Translations under genes and position numbers: made by a program
NCBI RefSeq assembly: GCF_002310835.1
Contig: NZ_CP011041.1
Coordinates: 1,680,001-1,712,000 of the forward strand
From: Pseudoalteromonas tetraodonis
GTDB taxonomy: Bacteria; Pseudomonadota; Gammaproteobacteria; Enterobacterales; Alteromonadaceae
Reading direction: 5' to 3'
DNA length: 32,000 bases
In this document: in pieces, positions 19,050 to 27,234 of the stretch
Layout: each line of letters starts with the position of its first letter
Position numbering within the stretch: the stretch's first letter is position 1
Notes under the pieces: generated by a model
Told to the model about the DNA's origin: nothing
The model's input: the letters and a program-made list of their open reading frames with translations, nothing else
Databases searched by the model: none

Positions 19050-19121
19050 TATTCGCTGCCATCCATGGCGCTCACCCTTCGGGCTGCCTAACGGCATTCA
19101 AATTTATTCCCTATAAATTTA
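19050..19121 (+). repeat. ~72-nt structured repeat (MITE/REP-like), copy 2, inserted between GRF and WEGRF codons of the transposase
   Basis: Removing it restores GGC AGG TTT TGG GAA GGT. It contains GCCAT-cc-ATGGC, CCC-ttc-GGG and the terminal hairpin AAATTTAT-tccc-ATAAATTT. It carries an in-frame TAA. Its boundaries are ambiguous by a few nt because of flanking T/A runs. Confidence 0.6.
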
Positions 19122-19641
19122 TGGGAAGGTCGCTTTAAATCACAAGCACTCCTTGATGAAGCGGCGCTTGCCGCGTGTATTGCATACGTCGATTTAAACC
19201 CTATTAGGGCTAAGATGGCTATCACTCCAGAAGAGTCTCACCATACCAGTTTACAAAAACGCTTAATATACGCAAAAGAAGGCAAGCAGCCAAAACAACT
19301 ACTTCGCTTTGCAGGTATGCCGAGTCAAATTATGCCAAAAGGGCTGCCGTTTAAGCTTAAGTCGTATCTTGAATTAGTTGAATTAACAGGGAGAATAATG
19401 CGAAAGGATAAACTCGGCCATATTGATAACACTCAACTTCCTTTACTGGAAAGACTCAATATATCTCCTGAAAACTGGTTAAAACTCACTACACAATTTA
19501 CACTCGTATTTCACGGCGCAGTTGGCAGGCCGACCTCACAAGCAAGTTATTGTGAAAATTTGAATCGAAAACGGCGAGCTAATACAAGTAATTGTGAAAG
19601 GCTATTAGCATAAACTATAAATTACTCAGTAGAAAAGTTGA

Positions 19642-19664
19642 AACTGCATCATGCAGTTATTTTT
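19642..19664 (+). terminator. Putative terminator of the transposase gene, inside the element
   Basis: AACTGCA-tca-TGCAGTT is followed by ATTTTT. It lies 29 nt after the transposase stop. Confidence 0.5.
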
Positions 19665-19788
19665 ATGCGTGGAATTTAGATTCAAGTGTAATAATGGCTT
19701 ATTTGCTAGATGAAACGAAAGTAACGTAGTCGTAAAGCATAAATTATTAACCTATAAAATAAATATAAGAACTTAGCTTTTGCTTGTT

Positions 19789-19806
19789 AAATTAAAGTGG
19801 GTGTCA
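19789..19806. repeat. Right terminal inverted repeat of the Y1-transposase element
   Basis: AAATTAAAGTGGGTGTCA, the reverse complement of the left repeat with one mismatch. Confidence 0.7.
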
Positions 19807-19818
19807 TGTTAGTTCATC

Positions 19819-20186
19819 ATGTTAGTTAGAGCGCTGTCAGATGCTAATTTGTTGTTGATAATAAAGTACGTGTTCAATGTCAATTATCAAACCTATGGTA
19901 GCCCGCGCGTATTTCATTCGCTAAAAAAGAAGGTGTGAACATAAGCCAAAAGCGTGTTGCCTGCTTAATGCTAGAAAACGGTTTAAGAGCCAAAGCATTT
20001 AATAATTACAGTAAACCGGCGAAGGTGAAGTTCTTTTATAAAGAGGTGTCAAAATTAAAGGGTTATCTAGACTATTTTTATAATAGACAGCGATTGCATT
20101 CAAGTTTAGGATATAAATTGTCTGCTGAGTTTGAATCGGCAGTTAATTGAAACGTGGACGGTGTCAACTTTATCGGGTGAAGATCA
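19819..20186 (+). pseudogene. IS3-family transposase (OrfB) remnant with a frameshift and an internal deletion of the DDE core, plus the IS right inverted repeat
   Basis: - The N-terminal OrfB-like piece reads RALSDANLLLIIKYVFNVNYQTYGSPRVFHSLKK.
- After a frameshift in an A run it continues GVNISQKRVACLMLENGLRAK.
- It then jumps to the C-terminal signature YLDYFYNRQRLHSSLGYKLSAEFE (track ORF 19935-20150).
- The downstream sequence, read in reverse complement, is TGATCTTCACCCGATAAAGTTGACACCGTCCACG, which is IS3-like (TG...CA ends, GGACAC-type core). It ends at 20186. Confidence 0.7.
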
Positions 20187-20300
20187 CTTGTGAAAGCTAT
20201 CGTCTTTTTTGTTTCAAAAAAACGCTATCTCACCAAATCGGTGTTTAAGGCTTTAAATGGCTTCGTATTTGCCATCATTTTAGTTAAGGAATAATAAAGA

Positions 20301-20816
20301 ATGGATAATAATAAGTGGTATAAAAACCCTGAGATGATAGTTGCTTTATCTGCTCTTCTTATAGGGTTAGTTACTGCTTTTACGTCAATTTATTCAGCCT
20401 ATGTTGATCGTGAATATGCAAGAGCATCAGTTTGGCCAAGGTTGGAAATATTCAGAAGTTTTAGCGAAGATTCATTTGGTTACGGTGTAAGTAATAATGG
20501 AACTGGCCCTGCATTGATAAAATATGCAAAAGTGAAGGATGATTCTAAATACATAAAAAAATGGATTGAAATAGAGGCATTTCAGAATATCAGACAATCA
20601 CACCTTAGCAATCGCACATTGTCACCTCAAAGCAACATTACCCCAGTTTCTTACAAAGGAGAGAATGCAAAAGCTCTTGTCAAAGCCGATGATTTAATAA
20701 GTATAGAACTTTGTTATTGCTCTATTTACAAAGAATGTTGGGTTATTGATAGAGAAAACCGTCCAAAATCAGTGGAAGCTTGTATTGCCGACAATAAGCA
20801 AACATTTCTACAATAA
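20301..20816 (+). CDS. Hypothetical 171-aa protein with an N-terminal transmembrane anchor. No recognisable family.
   Basis: The ATG is preceded by AAGGA. The TM segment is MIVALSALLIGLVTAFTSIYSAY, followed by a soluble ~130-aa region with 4 Cys near the C-terminus. Codon usage is AT-rich, like the surrounding accessory patch. Confidence 0.6.
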   Translation: MDNNKWYKNPEMIVALSALLIGLVTAFTSIYSAYVDREYARASVWPRLEIFRSFSEDSFGYGVSNNGTGPALIKYAKVKDDSKYIKKWIEIEAFQNIRQSHLSNRTLSPQSNITPVSYKGENAKALVKADDLISIELCYCSIYKECWVIDRENRPKSVEACIADNKQTFLQ

Positions 20817-21031
20817 ACGCTAGTAAACAATAATTTAAAGCGGTACTGCTAACAGTTTACTCGGTTTCGTGCGCCGACACAGTTTTAGAAACAATTATCA
20901 CCCCCTCGAAACAAAAGGGGGTAAATCTTGACTTCAGACATCAAAAGAGCCAATGCTGCAAGTGTTGGTTAGTCAAAACCACTCGCACTCAATACTCTGC
21001 GGTTTATTAATGTTTAAACGCGTGATAATTT

Positions 21032-21064
21032 AAAAAACGGTAACTTAAGGTTGCCGTTTTTTTA
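21032..21064. terminator. Hairpin with flanking A and T runs (bidirectional terminator-like) at the right edge of the accessory patch
   Basis: AAAAAACGGTAAC-ttaa-GGTTGCCGTTTTTTT. Confidence 0.55.
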
Positions 21065-21268
21065 TGCCTATTATTTAAGTTTATTTTAAGCTTGCTCAGT
21101 TATTATAACTAATACTTAAATTCCAGAATCATTAAACTATTGAACTGACTTATTAACTCATTCTATGTTTCAGATCATTAAACTGTGAGTGATTAAAGGT
21201 TAGCCTGTATACATGTACTCATATGCATAAGTGAGCTTTTAACTTTAATGCGTTTATTAGGAGGTATT

Positions 21269-21820
21269 ATGAATTTTAAAAATACAGATACTCATTACAA
21301 TACACTCTCTGTTGCTTTGCATTGGTTGATGTTTATTTTAATTGTGACTGTGTACGGTAGTATTGAACTTCGCGAATTATTTGATAAAGGCACTGAAACC
21401 CGTGATGCCTTTAAAATGTGGCACTTTATGTTGGGTTTATCGGTTTTAGCTTTAGTAAGCGTGAGGGTAGTTGCGCGTGTAGTGGGTGGTGCAGCACCTG
21501 CTATACAACCTGAGCCTGTAAAATGGCAAGATAAGTTAGCTAAATTTGTACACCTTGCGCTGTATGTGTTTATGTTTGCTATGCCAATTGCGGGTTGGTT
21601 AATATTAAGTATGGCAGGTAAACCTGTGCCATTTTTTGGTTTAGAGCTGCCTCCATTGGTAAGTGAAAACAAAGAGCTGGGTAAAACCATTAAAGAAATA
21701 CACGAAACAGCGGGCGAAGTTGGTTATTACGTAATAGGCTTACATGCGGCGGCTGCATTATTTCATCATTACATTTTGGCTGATAACACCTTTAAACGTA
21801 TGCTGTTTTCTAAAAAATAA
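21269..21820 (+). CDS. cybB: Cytochrome b561 family protein (CybB-like)
   Basis: 183 aa from the ATG at 21269, which follows an AGGAGG Shine-Dalgarno (the track start at 21248 is less likely). The sequence YNTLSVALHWLMFILIV...H...H is a four-TM di-haem b561 pattern with conserved His residues (HW, HF, HLALY, LHAAAALFHH). Confidence 0.85.
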   Translation: MNFKNTDTHYNTLSVALHWLMFILIVTVYGSIELRELFDKGTETRDAFKMWHFMLGLSVLALVSVRVVARVVGGAAPAIQPEPVKWQDKLAKFVHLALYVFMFAMPIAGWLILSMAGKPVPFFGLELPPLVSENKELGKTIKEIHETAGEVGYYVIGLHAAAALFHHYILADNTFKRMLFSKK

Positions 21821-21833
21821 ACACATCACCTAT

Positions 21834-21862
21834 AAAAAGGGAGACCATGTGTCTCCCTTTTT
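21834..21862. terminator. Bidirectional rho-independent terminator between convergent cybB and the MCP gene
   Basis: AAAAAGGGAGAC-catgt-GTCTCCCTTTTT. Confidence 0.75.
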
Positions 21863-21869
21863 ATATTAA

Positions 21870-23417
21870 TTAATGATGTGTACTCTTAAACCCAATTCTA
21901 AACCCGCCCCAATGTTTACCGTTTACATAAATTGGCACCGAGAGGTCATGCAGTATTTCACCGGTATCACGTTTATAGGTTTGTAATAAAAAGCTTTCGG
22001 TGTGGCTACCACAGCGAATTCCTGTCGGGTCATTAAAAATACGTTTAGTACGGTTGTTTACTAAATCTTTTTCAAAGTTACCGGTTAGGGCTTGGCTATA
22101 GCGTTTGTTATGAGTAGGAAAGTAGCCCTTTGTATCAACGGCACCTGCAAAAATTATGTCTTTATTTTCCAGTATTGGTTCTTGAATAGCCGGCAGTGAT
22201 TGATCTGTAAGTTTATCGTAATCGGTTGTGTACTTGGTTGGATTAGTATTCTCGATGGGTTTATAGTTTTGCGAAAAAAGTTGTTGCTGGGTTATTTTTC
22301 CGCTTTGGATCCAACCCTCAAAACATTCGCCAATTGCTTTACTGGCGTGTTTAGCCGACATCAGGATTGGTTTAAAGAATGCGTCATACTCTATGTTTTC
22401 AAGCTCTCTAAATATTGATTCTGATCCCAGCGATAAAGAAGACGCTTGCTGAGAAATTGTACTGCCTTTTTTAGTAACTTCGCCCAATAAACTACTGATG
22501 CTAGTGACTGAGCTATTTATTTGGGTGGTTGCATGCTGAAATGCCGAAACAGACTGATGCATACTATCAAGCGCGGTAGATGAGGCACCAATATCTTGGT
22601 TAATCGTTAAAAAGGATTGAGTCACGTTTTCTAGCTCTGATTTTACAGAAATACTTTGCTGTGAAACCTGCTTCATATCTTCATTGGTTTTTATACTGTT
22701 GGCGTTAATGTCTGTGAGCATGTCTGCAATTTGTTTGGTTGCTTCATTGGTTTTATTTGCAAGGTTACGCACTTCGTCGGCAACAACCGCAAAACCACGA
22801 CCTTGCTCACCTGCACGAGCGGCCTCTATGGCTGCATTTAAAGCAAGTAGATTGGTTTGCTCTGCAATGTTTTGAATAACTTGGGTAATGCTTTGTATAT
22901 CACTGGCACTTTTTAATAATAAATCTAATTGCTGGGCCACTTTATCTATAGAGCCTGATAACGAATCAATTTGGCTGGTGGCCGTTTGTAAGCGGCTATC
23001 GGCAGAGCTTGAGGCTTGCGCTGTTTGTACCATTGCTTGATTAATAGTGGTCATGCTGTCACTGAGTTCAGTACTATTTTGTGAAAGCTCGTGTGTGGCA
23101 CGCCCGACAGTTTCACTCTCGTTATAACAAGCGTCTATTTCTTTAGATAAGCTATCAACATAAAATGACACTTCAGCTGCGCCTATGGCATTTTTTGAGG
23201 TGGCTTTGGTAATGTTTTGTGCAATTTTGTTATTGAACGACTGCACGGCACCTAGTGACGAATTGTTATTTGCTGATTCAGATTTTGCTGGTTTTATATA
23301 AAAAATTGCAGATAACATCACTATAATTGCTGCAGTAATGGTGGAGAGCTGTTCAAAATAGAAAAGAAAACAAATGCTTAAATAAAAAATGCTGTAGAGC
23401 AGGTAGGTTATTTTCAT
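21870..23417 (-). CDS. Methyl-accepting chemotaxis protein with atypical architecture: two N-terminal TM helices with no periplasmic domain, an MCP signalling domain, and a ~190-aa C-terminal domain of unknown type
   Basis: The conserved hairpin tip [35 protein letters not shown] is present. The N-terminus [41 protein letters not shown] forms a TM hairpin. The C-terminal region reads ...[20 protein letters not shown]...[12 protein letters not shown]...[34 protein letters not shown]. Confidence 0.9.
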   Translation of the reverse strand: MKITYLLYSIFYLSICFLFYFEQLSTITAAIIVMLSAIFYIKPAKSESANNNSSLGAVQSFNNKIAQNITKATSKNAIGAAEVSFYVDSLSKEIDACYNESETVGRATHELSQNSTELSDSMTTINQAMVQTAQASSSADSRLQTATSQIDSLSGSIDKVAQQLDLLLKSASDIQSITQVIQNIAEQTNLLALNAAIEAARAGEQGRGFAVVADEVRNLANKTNEATKQIADMLTDINANSIKTNEDMKQVSQQSISVKSELENVTQSFLTINQDIGASSTALDSMHQSVSAFQHATTQINSSVTSISSLLGEVTKKGSTISQQASSLSLGSESIFRELENIEYDAFFKPILMSAKHASKAIGECFEGWIQSGKITQQQLFSQNYKPIENTNPTKYTTDYDKLTDQSLPAIQEPILENKDIIFAGAVDTKGYFPTHNKRYSQALTGNFEKDLVNNRTKRIFNDPTGIRCGSHTESFLLQTYKRDTGEILHDLSVPIYVNGKHWGGFRIGFKSTHH

Positions 23418-23544
23418 TCCTTTGACCTCGTTACTAATTGTTCCTTCTATCTTTGACTATAAATCAAACAAAATCAAATAATAAACACACTTTTAAGGAT
23501 TTATTAATAGTGATGTATTGAGCTCTATAAAACTGTTTTCGTAC

Positions 23545-23583
23545 AAAAAGCGCCAAAGTAGTAAACCTACTTTGGCGCTTTTA
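23545..23583 (-). terminator. Rho-independent terminator downstream of the aminopeptidase gene
   Basis: A 13-bp perfect stem AGCGCCAAAGTAG / CTACTTTGGCGCT with a 5-nt loop, flanked by A and T runs. Confidence 0.75.
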
Positions 23584-23600
23584 TTAGTATTAATAAACAA

Positions 23601-25118
23601 TTAGTTAGCTAATAACCATTCGCTTAATAAGCGAACACCAAACCCCGTTCCCCCTGGTGAAAGTTCATCTTTACCTTTTTTCACTAAGGCATTACCTGCA
23701 ATATCGATATGCACCCAACGGGTATCGCCAGCAAAATGCTCTAAGAAAGTGGCAGCAGTGGTTGCACCTGGGCCACCTGAACCCACATTTGTTAAATCAG
23801 CTATGTCAGACTCCAACATATCTTTATACCCTAAAGGTAGGCGCCATAGGTTTTCGTTTACTTGTTTACCGGCTACCGTTAGTTGAGATACTAGCGTATC
23901 GTCATCTGAGAACACTGCCGCGTATTCATTGCCTACAGCACGGATTTTTGAACCGGTGAGTGTTGCAACATCAATCATAATTTCTGGTTTGTAGTGCTCA
24001 CGTGCATACCACATAGCATCACTTAATACTAAGCGTCCTTCGGCGTCGGTATTTAAAATTTCAACACTTAAGCCCTCAGCGGTGCGAACAACATCACCTG
24101 GGGCTACAGCGAACTGCGATACCATATTCGCAGCCATACCCATAACGGCTACCACGTTTTTGTCAGCTTTAGCTAACGCCATTGCTTTAACTGTACCAAG
24201 CACTGCAGCAGCACCGGCCATGTCTGACTTCATACGTGCAATAGATGCACCGGTTTTAATGCTGTAACCACCTGAGTCAAACGTAATGCCTTTACCAACA
24301 AGGGCTATAGGGGCATCGTCAGACCCTTTATAATGGGCAACCACTAAACGGGCACCTTGCTGGCTACCTCGACCAACAGCTTCTAATGCACCCATACCCA
24401 GTTCTTTTATTTCTTTAGGCTCCAATACTTTGATGGTTACGCCCAAAGATGCTAATTCTTTTGCCGCATTAGCAAAGTCAACAGGTGTCATTTCGGTAGC
24501 GACTTCAGATGTTAAATCGCGGGCTAAAAACACACCGGCTTGAATACTTTCTAATTGGGTGTAAAGCTTGCGAGTTTGCTTAGTGTTATCAACATCAAAT
24601 GTATAGCTAACTGTTTCAGTGTTTGGTTCTTTTTTATAGTTTTCAAAACGATGATCGCGTAAGTTTGCACCATGGGCAAAGTTAGCAGCAAGTAATGCAT
24701 TGTCACTTACACCGGTTACATCTTCAAATACAACGCTGGCAGTGCCTACTTTGGCTTTAACTAGTTGAGCGTGAATATTACCGCCTAACTTAGCTGCTTT
24801 TGCTTTATCAAACTCGCTAGTTTTACCAGTACCTACGACTAAAACGCGGCTGTAGTTACTTTTACTTGGCGCAACAAGTTGTGCCACTTTAGCGTAATCG
24901 CCGGTAAAATTTTCTATATCAATAACGCGTTGCAATTGGCCATCGAACTGCTTGTCGAGCGCTTTAAATTGGCTGTTATTTCCATCTTGGCTATAAAATA
25001 CAACCAGCGTATTTGCATCGCTGTTCACTTTTGAAGAAAAATTAAAGTCTGCGGCTTGGGCATTCATGCACATACTCAGAGCAAGCGCGATTGAAGAGGC
25101 TTTTATAATACGTTTCAT
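23601..25118 (-). CDS. M17-family leucyl aminopeptidase with an N-terminal signal peptide
   Basis: 505 aa. The M17 motifs VGKGITFDSGGYSIK and NTDAEGRLVLSDA are present. The N-terminus MKRIIKASSIALALSMCMNAQA|AD looks like a Sec signal with an AQA cleavage site. Confidence 0.9.
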   Translation of the reverse strand: MKRIIKASSIALALSMCMNAQAADFNFSSKVNSDANTLVVFYSQDGNNSQFKALDKQFDGQLQRVIDIENFTGDYAKVAQLVAPSKSNYSRVLVVGTGKTSEFDKAKAAKLGGNIHAQLVKAKVGTASVVFEDVTGVSDNALLAANFAHGANLRDHRFENYKKEPNTETVSYTFDVDNTKQTRKLYTQLESIQAGVFLARDLTSEVATEMTPVDFANAAKELASLGVTIKVLEPKEIKELGMGALEAVGRGSQQGARLVVAHYKGSDDAPIALVGKGITFDSGGYSIKTGASIARMKSDMAGAAAVLGTVKAMALAKADKNVVAVMGMAANMVSQFAVAPGDVVRTAEGLSVEILNTDAEGRLVLSDAMWYAREHYKPEIMIDVATLTGSKIRAVGNEYAAVFSDDDTLVSQLTVAGKQVNENLWRLPLGYKDMLESDIADLTNVGSGGPGATTAATFLEHFAGDTRWVHIDIAGNALVKKGKDELSPGGTGFGVRLLSEWLLAN

Positions 25119-25358
25119 TTTTTTAACCTAAGAATAATATAAAGGTGTGTTTTACCCTATTTACGATGCTGTGGTTAAGTAGGATACGGCGAAATAGCAA
25201 ATAACAGCGATATATGTCTTAACCATTACTAAATATCATGACATAACGGCTTGATAAACATATTGTCATGCTTAAAGGTTTAATTCACACAATGCTCGCG
25301 TTACTATCAAATATAAAGGTAACACTGCGCTTTTAACAACTAACCTAGAGAACCCGCA

Positions 25359-27176
25359 TTGAAAGCTAAAGAAATTCGCAATTTTTATATCAACGAAGAG
25401 CAGTCGGTTTATTTGCTGTCACACCGTGATGCAAAAAAACATCGTCAGTGGCTTAATATTTGTATTAAACAGCTCACTTTGCTTGGGTATAAAAAGGTAG
25501 AAATGATTGGCTCAGGGGCATTTGGGTTTGTATTTGCAGGGGATGATGAACATGGCCTGCCTTGGGTGTTTAAGTTTTCTAGAATTACGCTCGCACAAAG
25601 TGTACGTGATCGCCTTGAAGATGAAGCGTATATGCTTTCGCAAATCAAAAATCCCTTAGTGCCAACATTTTATGGCTTTGAGCGAATAAAAAAACAAGGC
25701 ATTTTGATGATGGCGCGCGCTATTGGTGAAGACCTTGAAAAAGTATCACTAAAGCAAGGGCGCTTACCGGCCGCCAAAATAATGAGCTTAGCGGTTAAAT
25801 TAAGAAATGTGTTGCTTGATTTACGTCGTCATAAAAATGGTTTAATCCCGCAGCCTATTGTACATGGTGATATTAAACCCTCTAACTTGGTGTGGGATGA
25901 AAATGAAAAGCAGCTTTCATTGGTTGACTGGGGAAGCTCTGTTTATGCCCAAGTAGATGAACAAGGAAACCCAATTGCCAGTAATTTTATGGATTTAATG
26001 TCAGGTGACTTAAGTACCACTAACGCACGTATGGGCGATGTGTATTTTATAGGTGATGCGCAAATGTCGGGTGAAAAGTCATCCCCTCGTTTTGATGAGC
26101 AGGGGGTTGCATCAACCCTATATGCACTTGCCTCGGCGCAGTCTTGCCGATTTGGTGCTCAGGCTATACCGGCCAGTAGTTTAATGCTACCTAAAGAGCT
26201 GGCGAATGTAATTGATGGCATGCTTTCAAAAGAGCGTAGTGTAAGGGATAGAGCCGGCGACTATTTTATGCGTAACATAGAAACCATGGCAAAAGCGTAT
26301 TTACCACAACTACCAAAAACAGAAACTAAAGCGGCAATTCCGTTTTGGTTTAGCCAAGACCCCGAACCCGAAACCGTAGTTTATAGCTCTAGAAAACAAT
26401 TTTTACGCCAAGCCGATCATAAACAACAACTTTTAGATGTTAACGATGCTCAGCTTGATAGGTATTATAAAGAGTTTTTATTTGATACTGGGGATACCGA
26501 AAAAGCGTTTTTAGCCTCTATTAGCCGCTTAGCTAAATATCCTGTAGTAGGAGGGCTCAGCTTTCATTGGAAAGATGAATCTTTGTATGTTGAATCGTCA
26601 CTCATTATGCATGACGAGACCCTCGCAACCGCATTCACCGATGCAGTAAACAACACAGTAATGTTAGCCCAGGCTATTAGCCAAAAAGGCTTATTTAAGT
26701 GTTGTTTATTTGATGCCCGCAAAACGATTCAGTTAGAACGTGATGGCACTGGCGCGTTTAAATTTAACCAGTTACCTGAGCTTGATTATGAAGTGGTTAA
26801 TGTAAAAGCCAGCGATGTAACGCGTCCGCATTCATATTTTGAAGATGGTAAAGACCCCGATGAGCAATTGCAACTGCCTAAAAAAGTGATTAAATGTGTA
26901 TTTGAGCTAAACCAGATACATCATACCGGCTGTATTATTTTTGAAGCGCTGCCAGATAGGATGAAAATTCATCATTACTACAGATTACTTGATGCCAGCA
27001 AAGAAGTAGAATTTAAACGTTTACTAAATAAGCTTATGCAATACGCGGTAAATATTACCGACGTGGGGGTGGCTGGGTTTATGAAGTTGCCGTATAAAAA
27101 TACTCGCGAGTTTAGTTTATGCGAGCAGCAACCCAGCAATTACTACCCTAAAAATCCAAAACAACTACTTAATTAA
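25359..27176 (+). CDS. Protein-kinase-like protein (Hanks-type fold, atypical motifs) with a ~300-aa C-terminal region of unknown function
   Basis: 605 aa from a TTG start. The kinase features are:
- Gly-loop IGSGAFGFVF (aa 50-59);
- candidate VAIK-type Lys in WVFKFSR (K72);
- candidate alpha-C Glu in RLEDEAYML;
- catalytic loop VHGDIKPSNLVW (aa 168-179);
- Mg loop LVDWGSS (aa 188-194).
Residues ~300-605 have no motif I recognise. Confidence 0.75.
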   Translation: MKAKEIRNFYINEEQSVYLLSHRDAKKHRQWLNICIKQLTLLGYKKVEMIGSGAFGFVFAGDDEHGLPWVFKFSRITLAQSVRDRLEDEAYMLSQIKNPLVPTFYGFERIKKQGILMMARAIGEDLEKVSLKQGRLPAAKIMSLAVKLRNVLLDLRRHKNGLIPQPIVHGDIKPSNLVWDENEKQLSLVDWGSSVYAQVDEQGNPIASNFMDLMSGDLSTTNARMGDVYFIGDAQMSGEKSSPRFDEQGVASTLYALASAQSCRFGAQAIPASSLMLPKELANVIDGMLSKERSVRDRAGDYFMRNIETMAKAYLPQLPKTETKAAIPFWFSQDPEPETVVYSSRKQFLRQADHKQQLLDVNDAQLDRYYKEFLFDTGDTEKAFLASISRLAKYPVVGGLSFHWKDESLYVESSLIMHDETLATAFTDAVNNTVMLAQAISQKGLFKCCLFDARKTIQLERDGTGAFKFNQLPELDYEVVNVKASDVTRPHSYFEDGKDPDEQLQLPKKVIKCVFELNQIHHTGCIIFEALPDRMKIHHYYRLLDASKEVEFKRLLNKLMQYAVNITDVGVAGFMKLPYKNTREFSLCEQQPSNYYPKNPKQLLN

Positions 27177-27234
27177 TAAACCGCTCGCTTAAGCTGGTGG
27201 TTTTAAAATTGAAAGTACAAAAATAGAAAGTTCA

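Larger units (their letters stand above)
18498..19613 (+). pseudogene. Y1 (HUH) transposase, REP-associated tyrosine transposase (RAYT)/IS200-like superfamily, inactivated by one 1-nt frameshift and two ~70-nt insertions
   Basis: Track ORFs 18532-18774, 18789-19091 and 19215-19613, plus an N-terminal piece from the ATG at 18498, join into one ~324-aa protein. The joined sequence is [45 protein letters not shown] / [26 protein letters not shown] / THLVLYVDDKK...NEDIARRANKEDNCTGRF / WEGRFKSQALLDEAALAACIAYVDLNPIRAKMA...

The lesions are an extra G near 18631, a 68-nt insert at 18711-18778 and a 72-nt insert at 19050-19121. Confidence 0.8.
18421..19806 (+). mobile_element. 1386-bp insertion-like element bounded by 18-bp inverted repeats and carrying a degraded Y1/HUH transposase gene
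   Basis: The left end TGACACCCACTCTAATTT (18421-18438) and right end AAATTAAAGTGGGTGTCA (19789-19806) match 17/18 as reverse complements. The single gene between them is the transposase pseudogene. The element starts 12 nt after the attC R' box. Confidence 0.7.

Noticed and set aside
18532-19613. Treating ORFs 18532-18774, 18789-19091 and 19215-19613 as three separate small genes
   Set aside because: They are consecutive fragments of one Y1 transposase reading frame. They reconnect exactly when a 1-nt insertion and two ~70-nt inserts are removed.
19935-20150. The 71-aa ORF as an independent gene
   Set aside because: It is a chimeric piece of an IS3 OrfB: an N-terminal HTH-proximal segment fused to the C-terminal YFYN..RLHSSLGY tail. 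The catalytic core is missing.
20847-20974. A second attC site after the 171-aa ORF
   Set aside because: TGCTAAC and GTTAGTC only loosely fit the RYYYAAC and GTTRRRY cores, and the arms pair poorly. I report it only as a weak possibility inside a finding, not as a feature.
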